Assembly: GCA_964405735.1 (NCBI GenBank)
Contig: CAYOPD010000006.1
Span: 4,796-68,795, forward strand
Reading direction: 5' to 3'
DNA from: an uncultured Saprospiraceae bacterium
Lineage (GTDB): Bacteria > Bacteroidota > Bacteroidia > Chitinophagales > Saprospiraceae
DNA: 64,000 nucleotides
The notes under the pieces are model-generated. The model made no database searches and had not been told where the DNA came from. It saw nothing but the letters and a program-made list of their open reading frames with translations. Shown here one piece after another: positions 40,576 to 50,077 of this stretch (positions are counted from its first letter, which is position 1; each line of letters opens with the position of its first letter). Both the position numbers and the translations under genes were made by a program.

Positions 40576-41907
40576 TCAACTTTTAATCTCGGCGAGGTTT
40601 GGAGATTTTTTAAATTTAGGAGGCTTTCCCTTTAATGGGTTATTGTACAAGTGAAGGGTCATTAGTTTGGGCAGGTTACTGAATTCAGGAATTTTTCCCG
40701 TCAGTTGGTTGTCATTCAGTTGAAGGGATAGTAGACGCGGGATTTTTGCAAAATTGGGAATGACACCGGTCAACTGGTTTTGAGCCAGGTTGAGATTTTC
40801 CAGCAGGGGCAGGTGATTAAAATTGGGTATGGCTCCATTGAGTTTGTTGTTGCTCAGATTTAAGGCGCGCAGTTCGGGCATCAACTTAAAGTCCGGTATG
40901 GACCCGCCTATAATGTTGTTTTGCAGCCACAGGGTCCGTAATCTGGGCATGTTGTAATCCTTGAGAAGGCCATCAAAGCCATTGTTCTGAAGCATCAGCT
41001 CGGACATATTCACCGAGACTGGCAAGGCCGGAAGGCCGCCTTCAAGGTGGTTACCGGATAAATTCAATGTTTCCAGTTTGTCGTGGACGGAGAAGGCAGG
41101 CGCCGGGCCACTGAGGGCATTATCCGACAGGTCCAGGGTCTGAAGGTGGATGTGCAATTTCCATTCCGGAATCTTCCCCGAAATTTTAGTGCCTGAAATC
41201 CTCAGGTTGCGAAGAAGCGGTGTTTTTTCAAAAGAAGGCAGGTTGCCTTCAAGGGCGCCGGTAATTTCCAGCGTATGAAGCTTGGGAAGTTTTCCAAAAT
41301 CGGGTAGGGTGCCTGAAAAATTTCCGTTCAGATAAAGTTCTTCCAGGGCCGGGGTTTTATCCAGATCGGGGACAGTCCCGGTGACTTGTCCGGAAGAAAT
41401 ATCCAGGTATTCCAGTTCTGGCAGTTTATCAAACTTGGGTATGCTGCCGGTCACCTGATCGGATTTTATGATCAGGTATTTGAGGTTGGCCAGGTTGTTA
41501 AAGTTGGGTATGGCTCCTCTGATGCCGGGTTCGTCGAGCATCAGTTGGTATAGGGCAGGCAGGACAAGGTTGGGCAGAGTCCCGTTGAGGTTGTTGTTGG
41601 ACAGGATGATTTCTGAAACGCAACCCGTTTTGCTGGTGGTCACCCCATGCCAGGTGCCGACCGGTTGAGCGAGGTCCCATTTTTTGTACCAGTCCGGCCC
41701 TCCAAGGGCATTGTAGAATTTGACAAGTTCAAGGGAATCATTTTTTCTTGAACATTTAGCGACCGGAGGCGGGCTTGGTTTTTTAACCGGATTGGTCCTT
41801 TTTGGAGGAGGATTTTTAAGTTTTATTTGTGCATGAAGGCCTTCCTGATCCGGAATGGAAAGAAAAAAGACGCACGCTAAAAATATCTTCAACAGTCTTG
41901 CAATCAT
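40576..41907 (-). CDS. Secreted leucine-rich-repeat protein with plant-type (PS-class) LRRs and an LRRNT_2-like N-cap
   Basis: It has a signal peptide and a Pro/Lys-rich linker. The cap is 'DSLELVKFYNALGGPDWYKKWDLAQPVGTWHGVTTSKTGCVSEIILSNNNLNGTLP'. About 14 tandem ~24-aa repeats follow, of the form 'L..L..L.LS.N.L.G.IP.F'. Confidence 0.85.
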   Translation of the reverse strand: MIARLLKIFLACVFFLSIPDQEGLHAQIKLKNPPPKRTNPVKKPSPPPVAKCSRKNDSLELVKFYNALGGPDWYKKWDLAQPVGTWHGVTTSKTGCVSEIILSNNNLNGTLPNLVLPALYQLMLDEPGIRGAIPNFNNLANLKYLIIKSDQVTGSIPKFDKLPELEYLDISSGQVTGTVPDLDKTPALEELYLNGNFSGTLPDFGKLPKLHTLEITGALEGNLPSFEKTPLLRNLRISGTKISGKIPEWKLHIHLQTLDLSDNALSGPAPAFSVHDKLETLNLSGNHLEGGLPALPVSVNMSELMLQNNGFDGLLKDYNMPRLRTLWLQNNIIGGSIPDFKLMPELRALNLSNNKLNGAIPNFNHLPLLENLNLAQNQLTGVIPNFAKIPRLLSLQLNDNQLTGKIPEFSNLPKLMTLHLYNNPLKGKPPKFKKSPNLAEIKS

Positions 41908-41938
41908 CTTTCTCGTTTGAACCTATAAAGAATATGGT

Positions 41939-42697
41939 TCAGCTTTTAATGGTTTTTTTATAGATATGGTTCACTTTTTTCTGAATATCGGTGATCCTTT
42001 CATCCGACATGCGGTCCAGGGCCAGTTTCGGATCTCCGAAAGCGAGGCAAGCCTTGTATTGCCATATTTCGCCGATCTGGCTGAAGGGTATGGTATAAGG
42101 TTCATAGGCCGGATTGTCTGAGGTCAATTGGATCTCTTTTTTTTCTTTCAGGACTTTCAGGCGTTTGAATACAACGCCTTCGGATTTATGAATCAGGATG
42201 TAAAGATGATCATTTTTGATTTCATTTATTTTTTCCACGTATTGCCCGATGATGATGGACCCGCTCTCAATGGGCATCATGGAATCGCCACGGATTTCGA
42301 AGGCCCTGAAGCTGCCTTGTGGCAATTTTGGGATATACATGCGGGGCAACTGACGGAGGTATTGCGGGTCCTGGAAGGCATCCAGGTAACCGGCTTCAGC
42401 CTTGGTGTCCACCAATTCGATATTCTGGCGGTTTTGACTGTCTACGGTAATGGCCAGGATTTTCAGGTCGCGGTCCGTAAGTCGGGAAGGATCGAGCTGG
42501 TCCATTTGATGGATCAGAAGGTCATCGAGTCCCACATTAAAATAGCGGGCTATTTTGGCAAGCATGTTCACACTGGGCTCGGTATGATTCCTTTCATAAT
42601 CGCCCAGGGTGGTGCGTGGCAGGCCCAGGTCATTGGCCGCTTGTTGTTGTGAAATTTTTTTTATTTCCCTTAGGTATTTCAGGTTGTCACCCAGCAT
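41939..42697 (-). CDS. XRE-family HTH repressor fused to an S24 (LexA/CI-like) self-cleaving peptidase domain
   Basis: The N-terminal 'LKYLREIKKISQQQAANDLGLPRTTLGDYERNHTEPSVNMLAKIARYF' is an HTH_3 domain. The C-terminal 'FEIRGDSMMP' (Ser) and 'VVFKRL' (Lys) form the dyad. Confidence 0.88.
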   Translation of the reverse strand: MLGDNLKYLREIKKISQQQAANDLGLPRTTLGDYERNHTEPSVNMLAKIARYFNVGLDDLLIHQMDQLDPSRLTDRDLKILAITVDSQNRQNIELVDTKAEAGYLDAFQDPQYLRQLPRMYIPKLPQGSFRAFEIRGDSMMPIESGSIIIGQYVEKINEIKNDHLYILIHKSEGVVFKRLKVLKEKKEIQLTSDNPAYEPYTIPFSQIGEIWQYKACLAFGDPKLALDRMSDERITDIQKKVNHIYKKTIKS

Positions 42698-42934
42698 GGT
42701 TCCGGATTTTTCGACAAAGTTAGGGATAATTATTCGACCATGCTTTTCTCTTTTTAGGCTGTATATGTTGGCTCATTTGAAATTCAGCATTTAATCAATA
42801 CGGTTAAGTTCCACACTCTTTAGCCTGTACCTTCTCGGACCGAATTCTCGGACTACCAACCACTATCCACCCTTTTTGGTTTCCACCCGGATAATCCCTA
42901 TTTTTATCATTCACTAAAAACAAAAAACTGCATC

Positions 42935-44242
42935 ATGGATCGTCGCAAATTTGTAAAGTCCACCGCTGCCCTGGGCGGAGCCAGCCTCTTACTGGACAAC
43001 CCCCTCCAGGCTATGGTTCACCACAGCATGGCCGATGAAATCAAAATAGCCGTCGTGGGTTGCGGCGGAAGAGGTACCGGTGCCGCCATCCAGGCCCTGA
43101 GCACCAAACAAAATGTAAAACTGGTCGCCATGGCCGATGCCTTTGCCGACCGCATCGAAGAAAGCGTGAAGGCCATCCAAAAAGAGATGGAGGAATCCGG
43201 CATCCTTAAATCCAAATTTGCCGTAGCCGAAGAAAACAAATTCACCGGTTTCGATGCCTATAAAAAAGCCATTCCCCTGGCCGATGTGGTGATCCTGGCC
43301 ACTCCCCCGGGGTTCCGGCCCATCCACTTCGCGGAGGCCATATCCAAAAACAAACAGGTTTTCATGGAGAAACCCGTGGCTACCGATGCCTTGGGTGTTC
43401 GCAGCGTCCTGGAAACCGCCGAAAAAGCCAAAGCCAAAAAACTCAATGTGGTGGTCGGCCTTCAAAGGCATTACCAGAAAATATACCAGAGATGGGTGGA
43501 AGCCCTGCAGGAAGGGGCCATTGGGGAAATCACCGCCTCCAGGGTTTACTGGAACGATGCGGGGGTATGGGTGAAAGAACGCAAACCGGGCATGACCGAA
43601 ATGGAATACCAAATGCGAAACTGGTATTATTTCAACTGGCTCTGCGGCGACCATATCTGTGAACAGCATATCCATAACCTCGATGTCGGCAACTGGGTAA
43701 AACAAGGTTATCCCGTCTCCGCCAAAGGCATGGGTGGCCGCCAAACCCGTACTGGCAAGGAATTCGGGGAGATCTACGACCATTTTACCGTTGAATATGA
43801 ATATGCCGACGGCTCCCGGATGTATAGCCAGTGCCGCCATACCAAAGGCTGCCTCAATGCCGTAACCGAACAATTTGACGGCACCGCCGGCGTGGCCCCT
43901 AAACCGGGCCTGATCCAGACCCGCAAAGGTTATGTCCTGCTCAAACACGACGATAAAAATGATGGCAATCCTTACCAGGTCGAGCATGATGTCCTTTTTG
44001 ATGCCATCGCAAAGAATGAATACAAATTCGCCGATGCTGAAAACGGAGCCAAGGCAACCCTTACTGCCATCATGGGCAGGATGGCCGCTTACAGTGGCCA
44101 GCTCATCGAATGGGACAAAGCCCTGCAATCCAACATCAACCTTCAACCTGAGGCTTATTCCTGGGATGCCAAACCAAAATCATTGCCGGACAAAGACGGA
44201 TTTTACCAGATCCCAATGCCTGGGAAATCTATAGTTATATAA
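42935..44242 (+). CDS. Gfo/Idh/MocA family oxidoreductase with twin-arginine signal
   Basis: 'MDRRKFVKSTAALGGASLLL' is a TAT motif. Rossmann 'IKIAVVGCGGRG' and 'MEKPVATD'. Confidence 0.88.
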   Translation: MDRRKFVKSTAALGGASLLLDNPLQAMVHHSMADEIKIAVVGCGGRGTGAAIQALSTKQNVKLVAMADAFADRIEESVKAIQKEMEESGILKSKFAVAEENKFTGFDAYKKAIPLADVVILATPPGFRPIHFAEAISKNKQVFMEKPVATDALGVRSVLETAEKAKAKKLNVVVGLQRHYQKIYQRWVEALQEGAIGEITASRVYWNDAGVWVKERKPGMTEMEYQMRNWYYFNWLCGDHICEQHIHNLDVGNWVKQGYPVSAKGMGGRQTRTGKEFGEIYDHFTVEYEYADGSRMYSQCRHTKGCLNAVTEQFDGTAGVAPKPGLIQTRKGYVLLKHDDKNDGNPYQVEHDVLFDAIAKNEYKFADAENGAKATLTAIMGRMAAYSGQLIEWDKALQSNINLQPEAYSWDAKPKSLPDKDGFYQIPMPGKSIVI

Positions 44243-44254
44243 TCCAAAAATATA

Positions 44255-44313
44255 GGAGGAAGGGAGGAAGGGAGAAAGGGAGGAAAGCATACCTTCCCTT
44301 CCTCCCTTCCTCC
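44255..44313. repeat. Perfect 19-bp inverted repeat of low-complexity sequence (GGAGGAAGGGAGGAAGGGA / TCCCTTCCTCCCTTCCTCC) with a 21-nt loop
   Basis: Left arm 44255-44273 and right arm 44295-44313, read directly. It lies between co-directional genes (stop at 44242, next start at 44336). No U-tract follows. Confidence 0.8.
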
Positions 44314-44335
44314 CGTCTCCATTTCTCCTCAACAA

Positions 44336-45313
44336 TTGTCTCTATTTAAAGGGATTTTCCTTCTCTATCTTTTGATGCAATGCAGCGTGAGCTGTCCTGT
44401 CATTGCTCAACAGACTCGGTATGAATTCCATTCCCCCAAGATGGGTACAGAGTTCAACATGATCGTATATGGTCACGATTCCATCAAAGTGGCCGGAGCG
44501 GTTGCCCTTGCCTGGCAAAGGATTGACCGGATCAATGAAGTTTTTAGCGATTACAGTTCCAGCAGCGAATTGCACCGGATCCATGAAAATGCCAGGGAAG
44601 GGTATTACCCGGTGAGCGGAGAGTTTGAAAAGATCCTGCGGTTGAGCCTGGTATATTCCCGGTTGAGCAAAGGCGCCTTTGATGTATCCGTGGGTTCACT
44701 GTCCAGGCTATGGAGGCGGGCTATAAAAACGGATGACTTTCCAGAAGCAGGGAAAATTGAGGAGGCGCGCAAGGCTGCTGGTTACCGGAAAATAAAATTC
44801 AAGGATTCCGGAATACGCATTCCGGCCAATCTGTTCCTGGATTTTGGGGCCATCGCCAAGGGTTATGCGGTGGATGAGGCCTATAGGGTCCTTGTGGAAA
44901 ATCAACTGCCCATCGCCCTGGTGGATGGCGGCGGTGATGTGTATGCCGGCCTGGCCCCACCAGGGACCGAAGGTTGGGTGGTCAGTCTCCTGGTCAGTAA
45001 TCCGGATGGCCGGGTCGAAGACAGCACCGTCCTCGTCGCTTCAAAGGCCATTGTCACCTCCGGCGATGCGTATAAATATATCGAACGGGGTGGGAAGCGG
45101 TATTCACACATCATCGATCCCCGAACAGGTTATGGAGTCGCCGGTCCGCAATGGGCAACGGTGATCGCAGCATCGGCAACGCATGCTGACGCCCTGGCTA
45201 CCGTCATGTGTTTATTATCCGGGAGAGCGGCTTTAAAATTTGAGAAAAAATGGAAAAGAAGGTTTGGAGACCAAGGAGAATACAGGGTGTTAGTTAGTAA
45301 GTTGGCAAGTTAG
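44336..45313 (+). CDS. apbE: FAD:protein FMN transferase (ApbE family) lipoprotein
   Basis: 'MGTEFNMIVY', 'GAFDVSVG', 'DFGAIAKGYAVD' and 'SHIIDPRTG' are ApbE blocks. TTG start. Confidence 0.88.
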   Translation: MSLFKGIFLLYLLMQCSVSCPVIAQQTRYEFHSPKMGTEFNMIVYGHDSIKVAGAVALAWQRIDRINEVFSDYSSSSELHRIHENAREGYYPVSGEFEKILRLSLVYSRLSKGAFDVSVGSLSRLWRRAIKTDDFPEAGKIEEARKAAGYRKIKFKDSGIRIPANLFLDFGAIAKGYAVDEAYRVLVENQLPIALVDGGGDVYAGLAPPGTEGWVVSLLVSNPDGRVEDSTVLVASKAIVTSGDAYKYIERGGKRYSHIIDPRTGYGVAGPQWATVIAASATHADALATVMCLLSGRAALKFEKKWKRRFGDQGEYRVLVSKLAS

Positions 45314-45317
45314 CAGG

Positions 45318-46175
45318 TCATTTCATTTCCGGTAATATAATTTTCATACTGATGTCCAGTTGACCCGCCGAATGGGTCAAGGCGCCTACTGAAATATACT
45401 GTACCCCGGTCTGGGCGATTTTCCTAACGTTGAGCAAGGTGACCCCTCCGGAGGCTTCCGTTTCAAATTGGTTATTGACTATGGCTACCGCTTCCTTGAG
45501 AAGGGGCAACTGAAAATTGTCAAACATGATGCGGTTGACGCCCCCTACACGAACAATCTCGTAAACTTCGACCAGGTTGCGGGCTTCGATCGTGATTTTT
45601 CTTTTCAGTTTTTTCTTTTTGAGGTAATCTTTCACCTGGTTGATCGCCAGTTCGATGGAGCCGCAGGCATCGATATGATTGTCCTTGAGCATGATCCAGT
45701 CGTATAGACCACTGCGGTAATTGTGGCATCCGCCGCATTTGACCGCGTATTTTTCCAGGAAACGGTTGAGCGGAGTGGTTTTCCTCGTGTCGAGGATCTT
45801 GACCGGCAAACCCTCCACTTCAGCGGCAAAACGGTCTGCCATGGTGGCAATGCCGCTCAGGCGCTGCAGGGTATTCAGGACCAGTCGTTCAGCCATGAGC
45901 AATTTCCGGGTGTTGGCCTGCACTTCAAAAGCGATATCCCCATAGACCACGGGTTGTCCATCTTTCAGAAAAGCCTTGAACCGGGACGCCGGATCGATGA
46001 TCTTGAAGGCCTTTCTCGCGAATTCTATGCCCGCCACCACACCATCGTCCTTAATGACGCACCGGGCCCTGGATACCGATTTGGCCGGAATACAGGCATT
46101 GGAGGTATGATCCCCTTCCCCCACATCTTCTTTTAAAGCCAGTTTTACAAAAGTTTCGACTTGCGCTTGATCCAT
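45318..46175 (-). CDS. nadC: Nicotinate-nucleotide pyrophosphorylase (carboxylating)
   Basis: 'ALKEDVGEGDHTS', 'ERLVLNTLQRLSGIAT', 'ILDTRKTTP', 'GGCHNYRSGLYD' and 'IMFDNF'. Confidence 0.93.
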   Translation of the reverse strand: MDQAQVETFVKLALKEDVGEGDHTSNACIPAKSVSRARCVIKDDGVVAGIEFARKAFKIIDPASRFKAFLKDGQPVVYGDIAFEVQANTRKLLMAERLVLNTLQRLSGIATMADRFAAEVEGLPVKILDTRKTTPLNRFLEKYAVKCGGCHNYRSGLYDWIMLKDNHIDACGSIELAINQVKDYLKKKKLKRKITIEARNLVEVYEIVRVGGVNRIMFDNFQLPLLKEAVAIVNNQFETEASGGVTLLNVRKIAQTGVQYISVGALTHSAGQLDISMKIILPEMK

Positions 46176-46184
46176 ACGTCTGTT

Positions 46185-46967
46185 TTAAAATACAAAACCC
46201 AGCCGGATACTGAGGCCGTGAATAAAAGTATTTGAATTTTCAGGAAGGCGGGTGTAGATATCGTTGTTCGGGTCTCCGTTGTTTCCCTGGGAAATGATCC
46301 GGGATTTAAATCCGTGGTTGAGGGTGAGATCGGATAGGAAACGTTGATAACGAATACCAGCAGAGAGCCAGGCCCTCCTGCCTATCCTTCTTTCCAGCCC
46401 CATACCCACGCCGATGGATAAGGACATTCTTTGCAGGTCGGGCAGGATGTTTTCTCCACCGGTCAGCACCCCATTATTATGAATGGCCCCTCTTGCCTTG
46501 AGTAATTTATGAATGCCCATCTGCAAGGGCTCAAGATAATAGTTTTTCTCTTCGTGGCTTTCCATCCGGTATTTCAGGCCCAGCCCGGCTTCCCAGAATT
46601 GAAGCTGGTAGGTGAGTCTGCTGTTGTCGGGCACCGGCTTATGGCCCAGGTTATAGTTTGGCGATTTGAGCTCCGATTCCAACCAGAAATTACCTCCGGT
46701 TTGATAGAGGAGGGACCCTCCCTGGTTGATGGAAAGACTGGTGGATGCCCCGAGGGCCCATTTGTTGTGAAACAAATATTCGCCGGAGATGCCCATCCGC
46801 AGGCCAAGTTTCCCGGCTCCGGTTTTTATCTCTAAATCCGAGGACGACATCCATGTAAAAACAGGTTCCGCATATAAACCCAATTTGAGAGACTGTCCAT
46901 GGCCGGAAAAAGGGAATAATCCACTTCCGACCAGGGCGATCAAAATTATAATCCGGCTCCGGCTCAT
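46185..46967 (-). CDS. Outer-membrane beta-barrel protein (porin-family-like)
   Basis: Trimmed to the Met at 46967 ('MSRSRIIILIALVGSGLFPFSGHGQ'). It shows an alternating hydrophobic beta-strand pattern and a terminal 'LSIRLGFVF' aromatic C-terminus. Confidence 0.7.
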   Translation of the reverse strand: MSRSRIIILIALVGSGLFPFSGHGQSLKLGLYAEPVFTWMSSSDLEIKTGAGKLGLRMGISGEYLFHNKWALGASTSLSINQGGSLLYQTGGNFWLESELKSPNYNLGHKPVPDNSRLTYQLQFWEAGLGLKYRMESHEEKNYYLEPLQMGIHKLLKARGAIHNNGVLTGGENILPDLQRMSLSIGVGMGLERRIGRRAWLSAGIRYQRFLSDLTLNHGFKSRIISQGNNGDPNNDIYTRLPENSNTFIHGLSIRLGFVF

Positions 46968-47120
46968 TTTAGCGGGCGCAAATATCCACTTTTGGTTTGA
47001 TTTCTTCCTGATTATCCATGGAAAGTATCCCTTACAGGTATTCCCAGCCATCTGTTCACACATATCATAATAACGTGTATTTTCGTTAATTGCCTGAGAT
47101 GGCTTTAGTTAAATTGATTA

Positions 47121-48125
47121 ATGAGATACTTAACCATCTTCCTCCTGGGTTTCCTATGGTCTCAATGCCGAAATGATTCTGCCTCCGGCCCGGCCCCCGC
47201 TGAGGTAATGGTCGAAGATGCTTTCATCCGGTTTATTGGAACACCGGAGGACCAGCTTACCTTAAAACTGGATTCGATCATGAACCTGGATCGTTCATTT
47301 ACAGTACTTTTCAATGGGGTAATCCTGGGTGGTTTGGACAGTGTTCCTGTGAGGGAGCATGTGCTTGCCTGGTTTAAGGATACGGTGAGGGCCAGGTTAA
47401 AAGAAAATTGCCAAATCGTTTTTAAGTCCATGGACTGGCAAAAAAGCCTGGGCCTGCCATTTGCAAAATACAAACAGGCTTTCCCCGAAAGGGCGGTTCC
47501 GGTGATCCATACCCTCATCACTGATTTTAATTACGGCATATTTTTGTTCAGGGACGATCTGGGAAGGGATGCCCTGGGTGTTGGACTGGAGATGTTTTTG
47601 GGTGATACACGCTTATACGATCAGCTGTCCGTTCAGAACCCGAATTTTTCCTCTTATCTCAACCGGACCTTCAACCTGGACCACCTTCCATCCAAAATCA
47701 TCCATGCCCTCATCAGCGACCTGGTTCCGGAACCTTCGGGCAACCGGCTGCTGGACCATATTATCCGTGAAGGCAAAATCCTGTACATCACCCGGGACCT
47801 GATGCCAGGCATTGCAGATACCATCCTGCATGAATACAGATCCGACCAAATGCGATGGGTGATTGAAAATGAATGGGACATCTGGCGTTTCCTCCTCAGT
47901 GAAAAATTGCTTTACCAGTCTGTGGGCAAGGACATCATCAACCTGGTGCAACCGGCTCCTCATAGCCAGGGCATGCCCCCGGAAGCTCCCGGGCGTGCGG
48001 TGAATGCAGTCGGCCTGAAAATCATCGAAGCATTTATGAAGCGCGAAAAGCACAGTCTCTCTGAGTTGGCCGGAAAAACCAATGCCGACGAAATCCTGCA
48101 AAAAGCACGCTATCGCCCGGGCTAA
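47121..48125 (+). CDS. gldB: Gliding motility lipoprotein GldB-like
   Basis: Lipobox 'LLGFLWSQC'. The mid and C-terminal regions ('FNYGIFLFRDD', 'PEAPGRAVNAVGLKIIEAFM', 'ADEILQKARYRPG') resemble Flavobacterium GldB as I recall it. Confidence 0.65.
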   Translation: MRYLTIFLLGFLWSQCRNDSASGPAPAEVMVEDAFIRFIGTPEDQLTLKLDSIMNLDRSFTVLFNGVILGGLDSVPVREHVLAWFKDTVRARLKENCQIVFKSMDWQKSLGLPFAKYKQAFPERAVPVIHTLITDFNYGIFLFRDDLGRDALGVGLEMFLGDTRLYDQLSVQNPNFSSYLNRTFNLDHLPSKIIHALISDLVPEPSGNRLLDHIIREGKILYITRDLMPGIADTILHEYRSDQMRWVIENEWDIWRFLLSEKLLYQSVGKDIINLVQPAPHSQGMPPEAPGRAVNAVGLKIIEAFMKREKHSLSELAGKTNADEILQKARYRPG

Positions 48126-48172
48126 AGTCCAAATGGAACGGAATTTGTATATTACAAAAAAATTTAATTTGT

Positions 48173-49129
48173 ATGGCCGGAAAAAGAGCGATTCCATTGG
48201 TGGATCTTTCCCAGTTTACCAAAGGGGATGAAGCTGCCCGTAAATTATTCATCAGGAAACTTGCCAAAGCGTTTCGCGAAATCGGCTTTGTAGGTGTCAT
48301 CAATCATGGCATACCCAAAGCCCTGGTGAATAAGTTCTATGACGAATCCAAAGCCTTTTTTAACCTGCCCGTTGAAAAAAAGCTGAAATATGAGATCAAG
48401 GGCCTCGCGGGACAGCGCGGTTATACCTCCTTTGGAAAAGAACACGCCAAACAGTCCAAAGTGGCCGATCTGAAAGAATTTTTCCAAATAGGCCAGGAAG
48501 TGGCCGGAAAAGATTCCATCCGCAAAGAATATCCCAAAAACGTCTATGTCCGTGAACGCCCGCAATTTCTGGCAACCGGACTGAAACTCTATAAATCCTT
48601 TGAAAAATCAGGTGCCCATTTGCTGAAAGCGATAGCCATCCACCTCGACCTGGGTGAAAAATATTTTGACGCCCGGATCAAAAACGGCAATAGCATCCTG
48701 CGTGCCATTTATTATCCCCCGATCACCACGGAACCGAAATCCGCCATCCGGGCAGAGCAACATGAAGACATCAACCTGATCACCCTGCTCGTCGGCGCTT
48801 CGGCTGGTGGCCTCCAGGTCCTCAACCTGGATAACGAATGGCTGGAGGTAGTGCCCCAACAGGACGAAATCGTGATCAATGTGGGCGATATGCTGCAACG
48901 CCTGACTAACAATTACCTCAAATCCACCACCCACAGGGTGGTCAATCCGCCCAGGGAAGAATGGCACAAACCGAGACTTTCCATTCCGTTTTTCCTTCAT
49001 CCGCGAAGTGAAATGGACCTGACCTGCCTGCCTTTTACGGTCACCAAATCCAATCCACTTCAATATCCTCCGATTACGGCAGGCGAATACTTGGCGGAAA
49101 GGTTGAGGGAGATCGGACTCAAGAAGTAG
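48173..49129 (+). CDS. 2-oxoglutarate/Fe(II)-dependent oxygenase (isopenicillin N synthase-like family)
   Basis: 'IPLVDLS' and 'GFVGVINHGIP' are DIOX_N-like. 'EQHEDINLITLL' (HxD) and 'TTHRVVNP' (His, Arg). Confidence 0.85.
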   Translation: MAGKRAIPLVDLSQFTKGDEAARKLFIRKLAKAFREIGFVGVINHGIPKALVNKFYDESKAFFNLPVEKKLKYEIKGLAGQRGYTSFGKEHAKQSKVADLKEFFQIGQEVAGKDSIRKEYPKNVYVRERPQFLATGLKLYKSFEKSGAHLLKAIAIHLDLGEKYFDARIKNGNSILRAIYYPPITTEPKSAIRAEQHEDINLITLLVGASAGGLQVLNLDNEWLEVVPQQDEIVINVGDMLQRLTNNYLKSTTHRVVNPPREEWHKPRLSIPFFLHPRSEMDLTCLPFTVTKSNPLQYPPITAGEYLAERLREIGLKK

Positions 49130-49201
49130 TCAGTGGTCAGAAGTCAGTGGATGGAAAAATAAGCTTTGGTTAAAGCTTTCCCACTGAGCTTAAATTCTCT
49201 G

Positions 49202-49209
49202 TATATTTG
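49202..49209 (+). promoter_or_regulatory. Candidate -7 box (TAnnTTTG) for tatA
   Basis: 'TATATTTG' lies 18 nt upstream of the tatA ATG. Confidence 0.4.
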
Positions 49210-49227
49210 TGTCAAATTATTAGAATA

Positions 49228-49446
49228 ATGAACTCATTTTTATTATTATCAATGCCCGGCGGAGGGGAGTGGATCCTGATCTTCGTGGTCGTTTTATTGC
49301 TTTTCGGCGGTAAAAAAATTCCGGAGTTGATGAAAGGCCTGGGCAAAGGAATCCGGGAATTCAACAATGCCCGCAATTCCATCGAGGAGGAAATCCAGGA
49401 AGGAATCCGGGAAGTGGAAAAGAAAAAAGTCAACGAACCGAAATAA
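49228..49446 (+). CDS. tatA: Twin-arginine translocase subunit TatA/E
   Basis: '[35 protein letters not shown]' is a canonical TatA TM plus amphipathic helix. Trimmed to the Met at 49228. Confidence 0.9.
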   Translation: MNSFLLLSMPGGGEWILIFVVVLLLFGGKKIPELMKGLGKGIREFNNARNSIEEEIQEGIREVEKKKVNEPK

Positions 49447-49472
49447 ATCCTTCACAAAGATTTTAATAAAAT

Positions 49473-49505
49473 ACCCTGGGGCCTTGCTCCGGGGTTTCTT
49501 TTTTA
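49473..49505 (+). terminator. Intrinsic terminator after tatA
   Basis: 'accctgg' (49473-49479) pairs with 'ccggggt' (49489-49495), with one G-U. It is followed by 'ttctttttta'. Confidence 0.6.
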
Positions 49506-49520
49506 TAAGTTGTAACTTTC

Positions 49521-49528
49521 TACATTTG
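49521..49528 (+). promoter_or_regulatory. Candidate -7 box (TAnnTTTG) for the OmpH gene
   Basis: 'TACATTTG' lies 30 nt upstream of the ATG at 49559. Confidence 0.4.
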
Positions 49529-49558
49529 CGTCCGTTATTTTATCCAAAGCCCAATCAC

Positions 49559-50059
49559 ATGCGATTGTTATTTATTCTTTTGCTGGGACTTAGCCCCTGG
49601 TTTGTCAACGGCCAGAAATTCGGCCATATCAATTCGGCCGAGATTTTGAGCAAGGTGCCCGAAATTGCCCAGGCGGATACCATCCTTCGGAAATACCAGG
49701 ACACCCTGGTGGCTGCGGGGGATTCCCTGGTCCGAATTTTTCAAAAACACGTTTCAGAGTATCAGGCCGAATCCCAAAAAGGAAACCTGGCTCCCATTGC
49801 CGCACAAAAAAAGGAAGAAGAACTCTCCAAAGAGCAGGAAGTGTTGAGGAATTATGAAAATGAAGTCAAACAACGGCTCATCCTCCGGCGGGAAGCCCTT
49901 TATAAACCCATTCTGGATAAAATCGACCAGATCGTCACCCGCATCGGTAAAGACAATAAATACACCATGATCTTCGACTCTTCTCAGCCCGGATACCTTT
50001 ATCTCGCGGAGAGCGATAACCTCGGGCCCCTGGTTCTCAAAGAACTGGGTATTCAATAG
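49559..50059 (+). CDS. OmpH/Skp family periplasmic chaperone
   Basis: Signal peptide 'MRLLFILLLGLSPWFVNGQ', then 'KFGHINSAEILSKVPE' and a coiled-coil-like Lys/Glu-rich body. Trimmed from the track ORF (49367). Confidence 0.85.
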   Translation: MRLLFILLLGLSPWFVNGQKFGHINSAEILSKVPEIAQADTILRKYQDTLVAAGDSLVRIFQKHVSEYQAESQKGNLAPIAAQKKEEELSKEQEVLRNYENEVKQRLILRREALYKPILDKIDQIVTRIGKDNKYTMIFDSSQPGYLYLAESDNLGPLVLKELGIQ

Positions 50060-50077
50060 CGGAAAGCGGAAAAAGCA

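Noticed and set aside
49161-49180. The hairpin 'aagcttt ggtt aaagctt' after the 2OG-oxygenase gene as a terminator.
   Set aside because: It is a 7-bp AT-rich stem built around HindIII-like palindromes, without a U-tract. It may be real, but the support is too weak to annotate.
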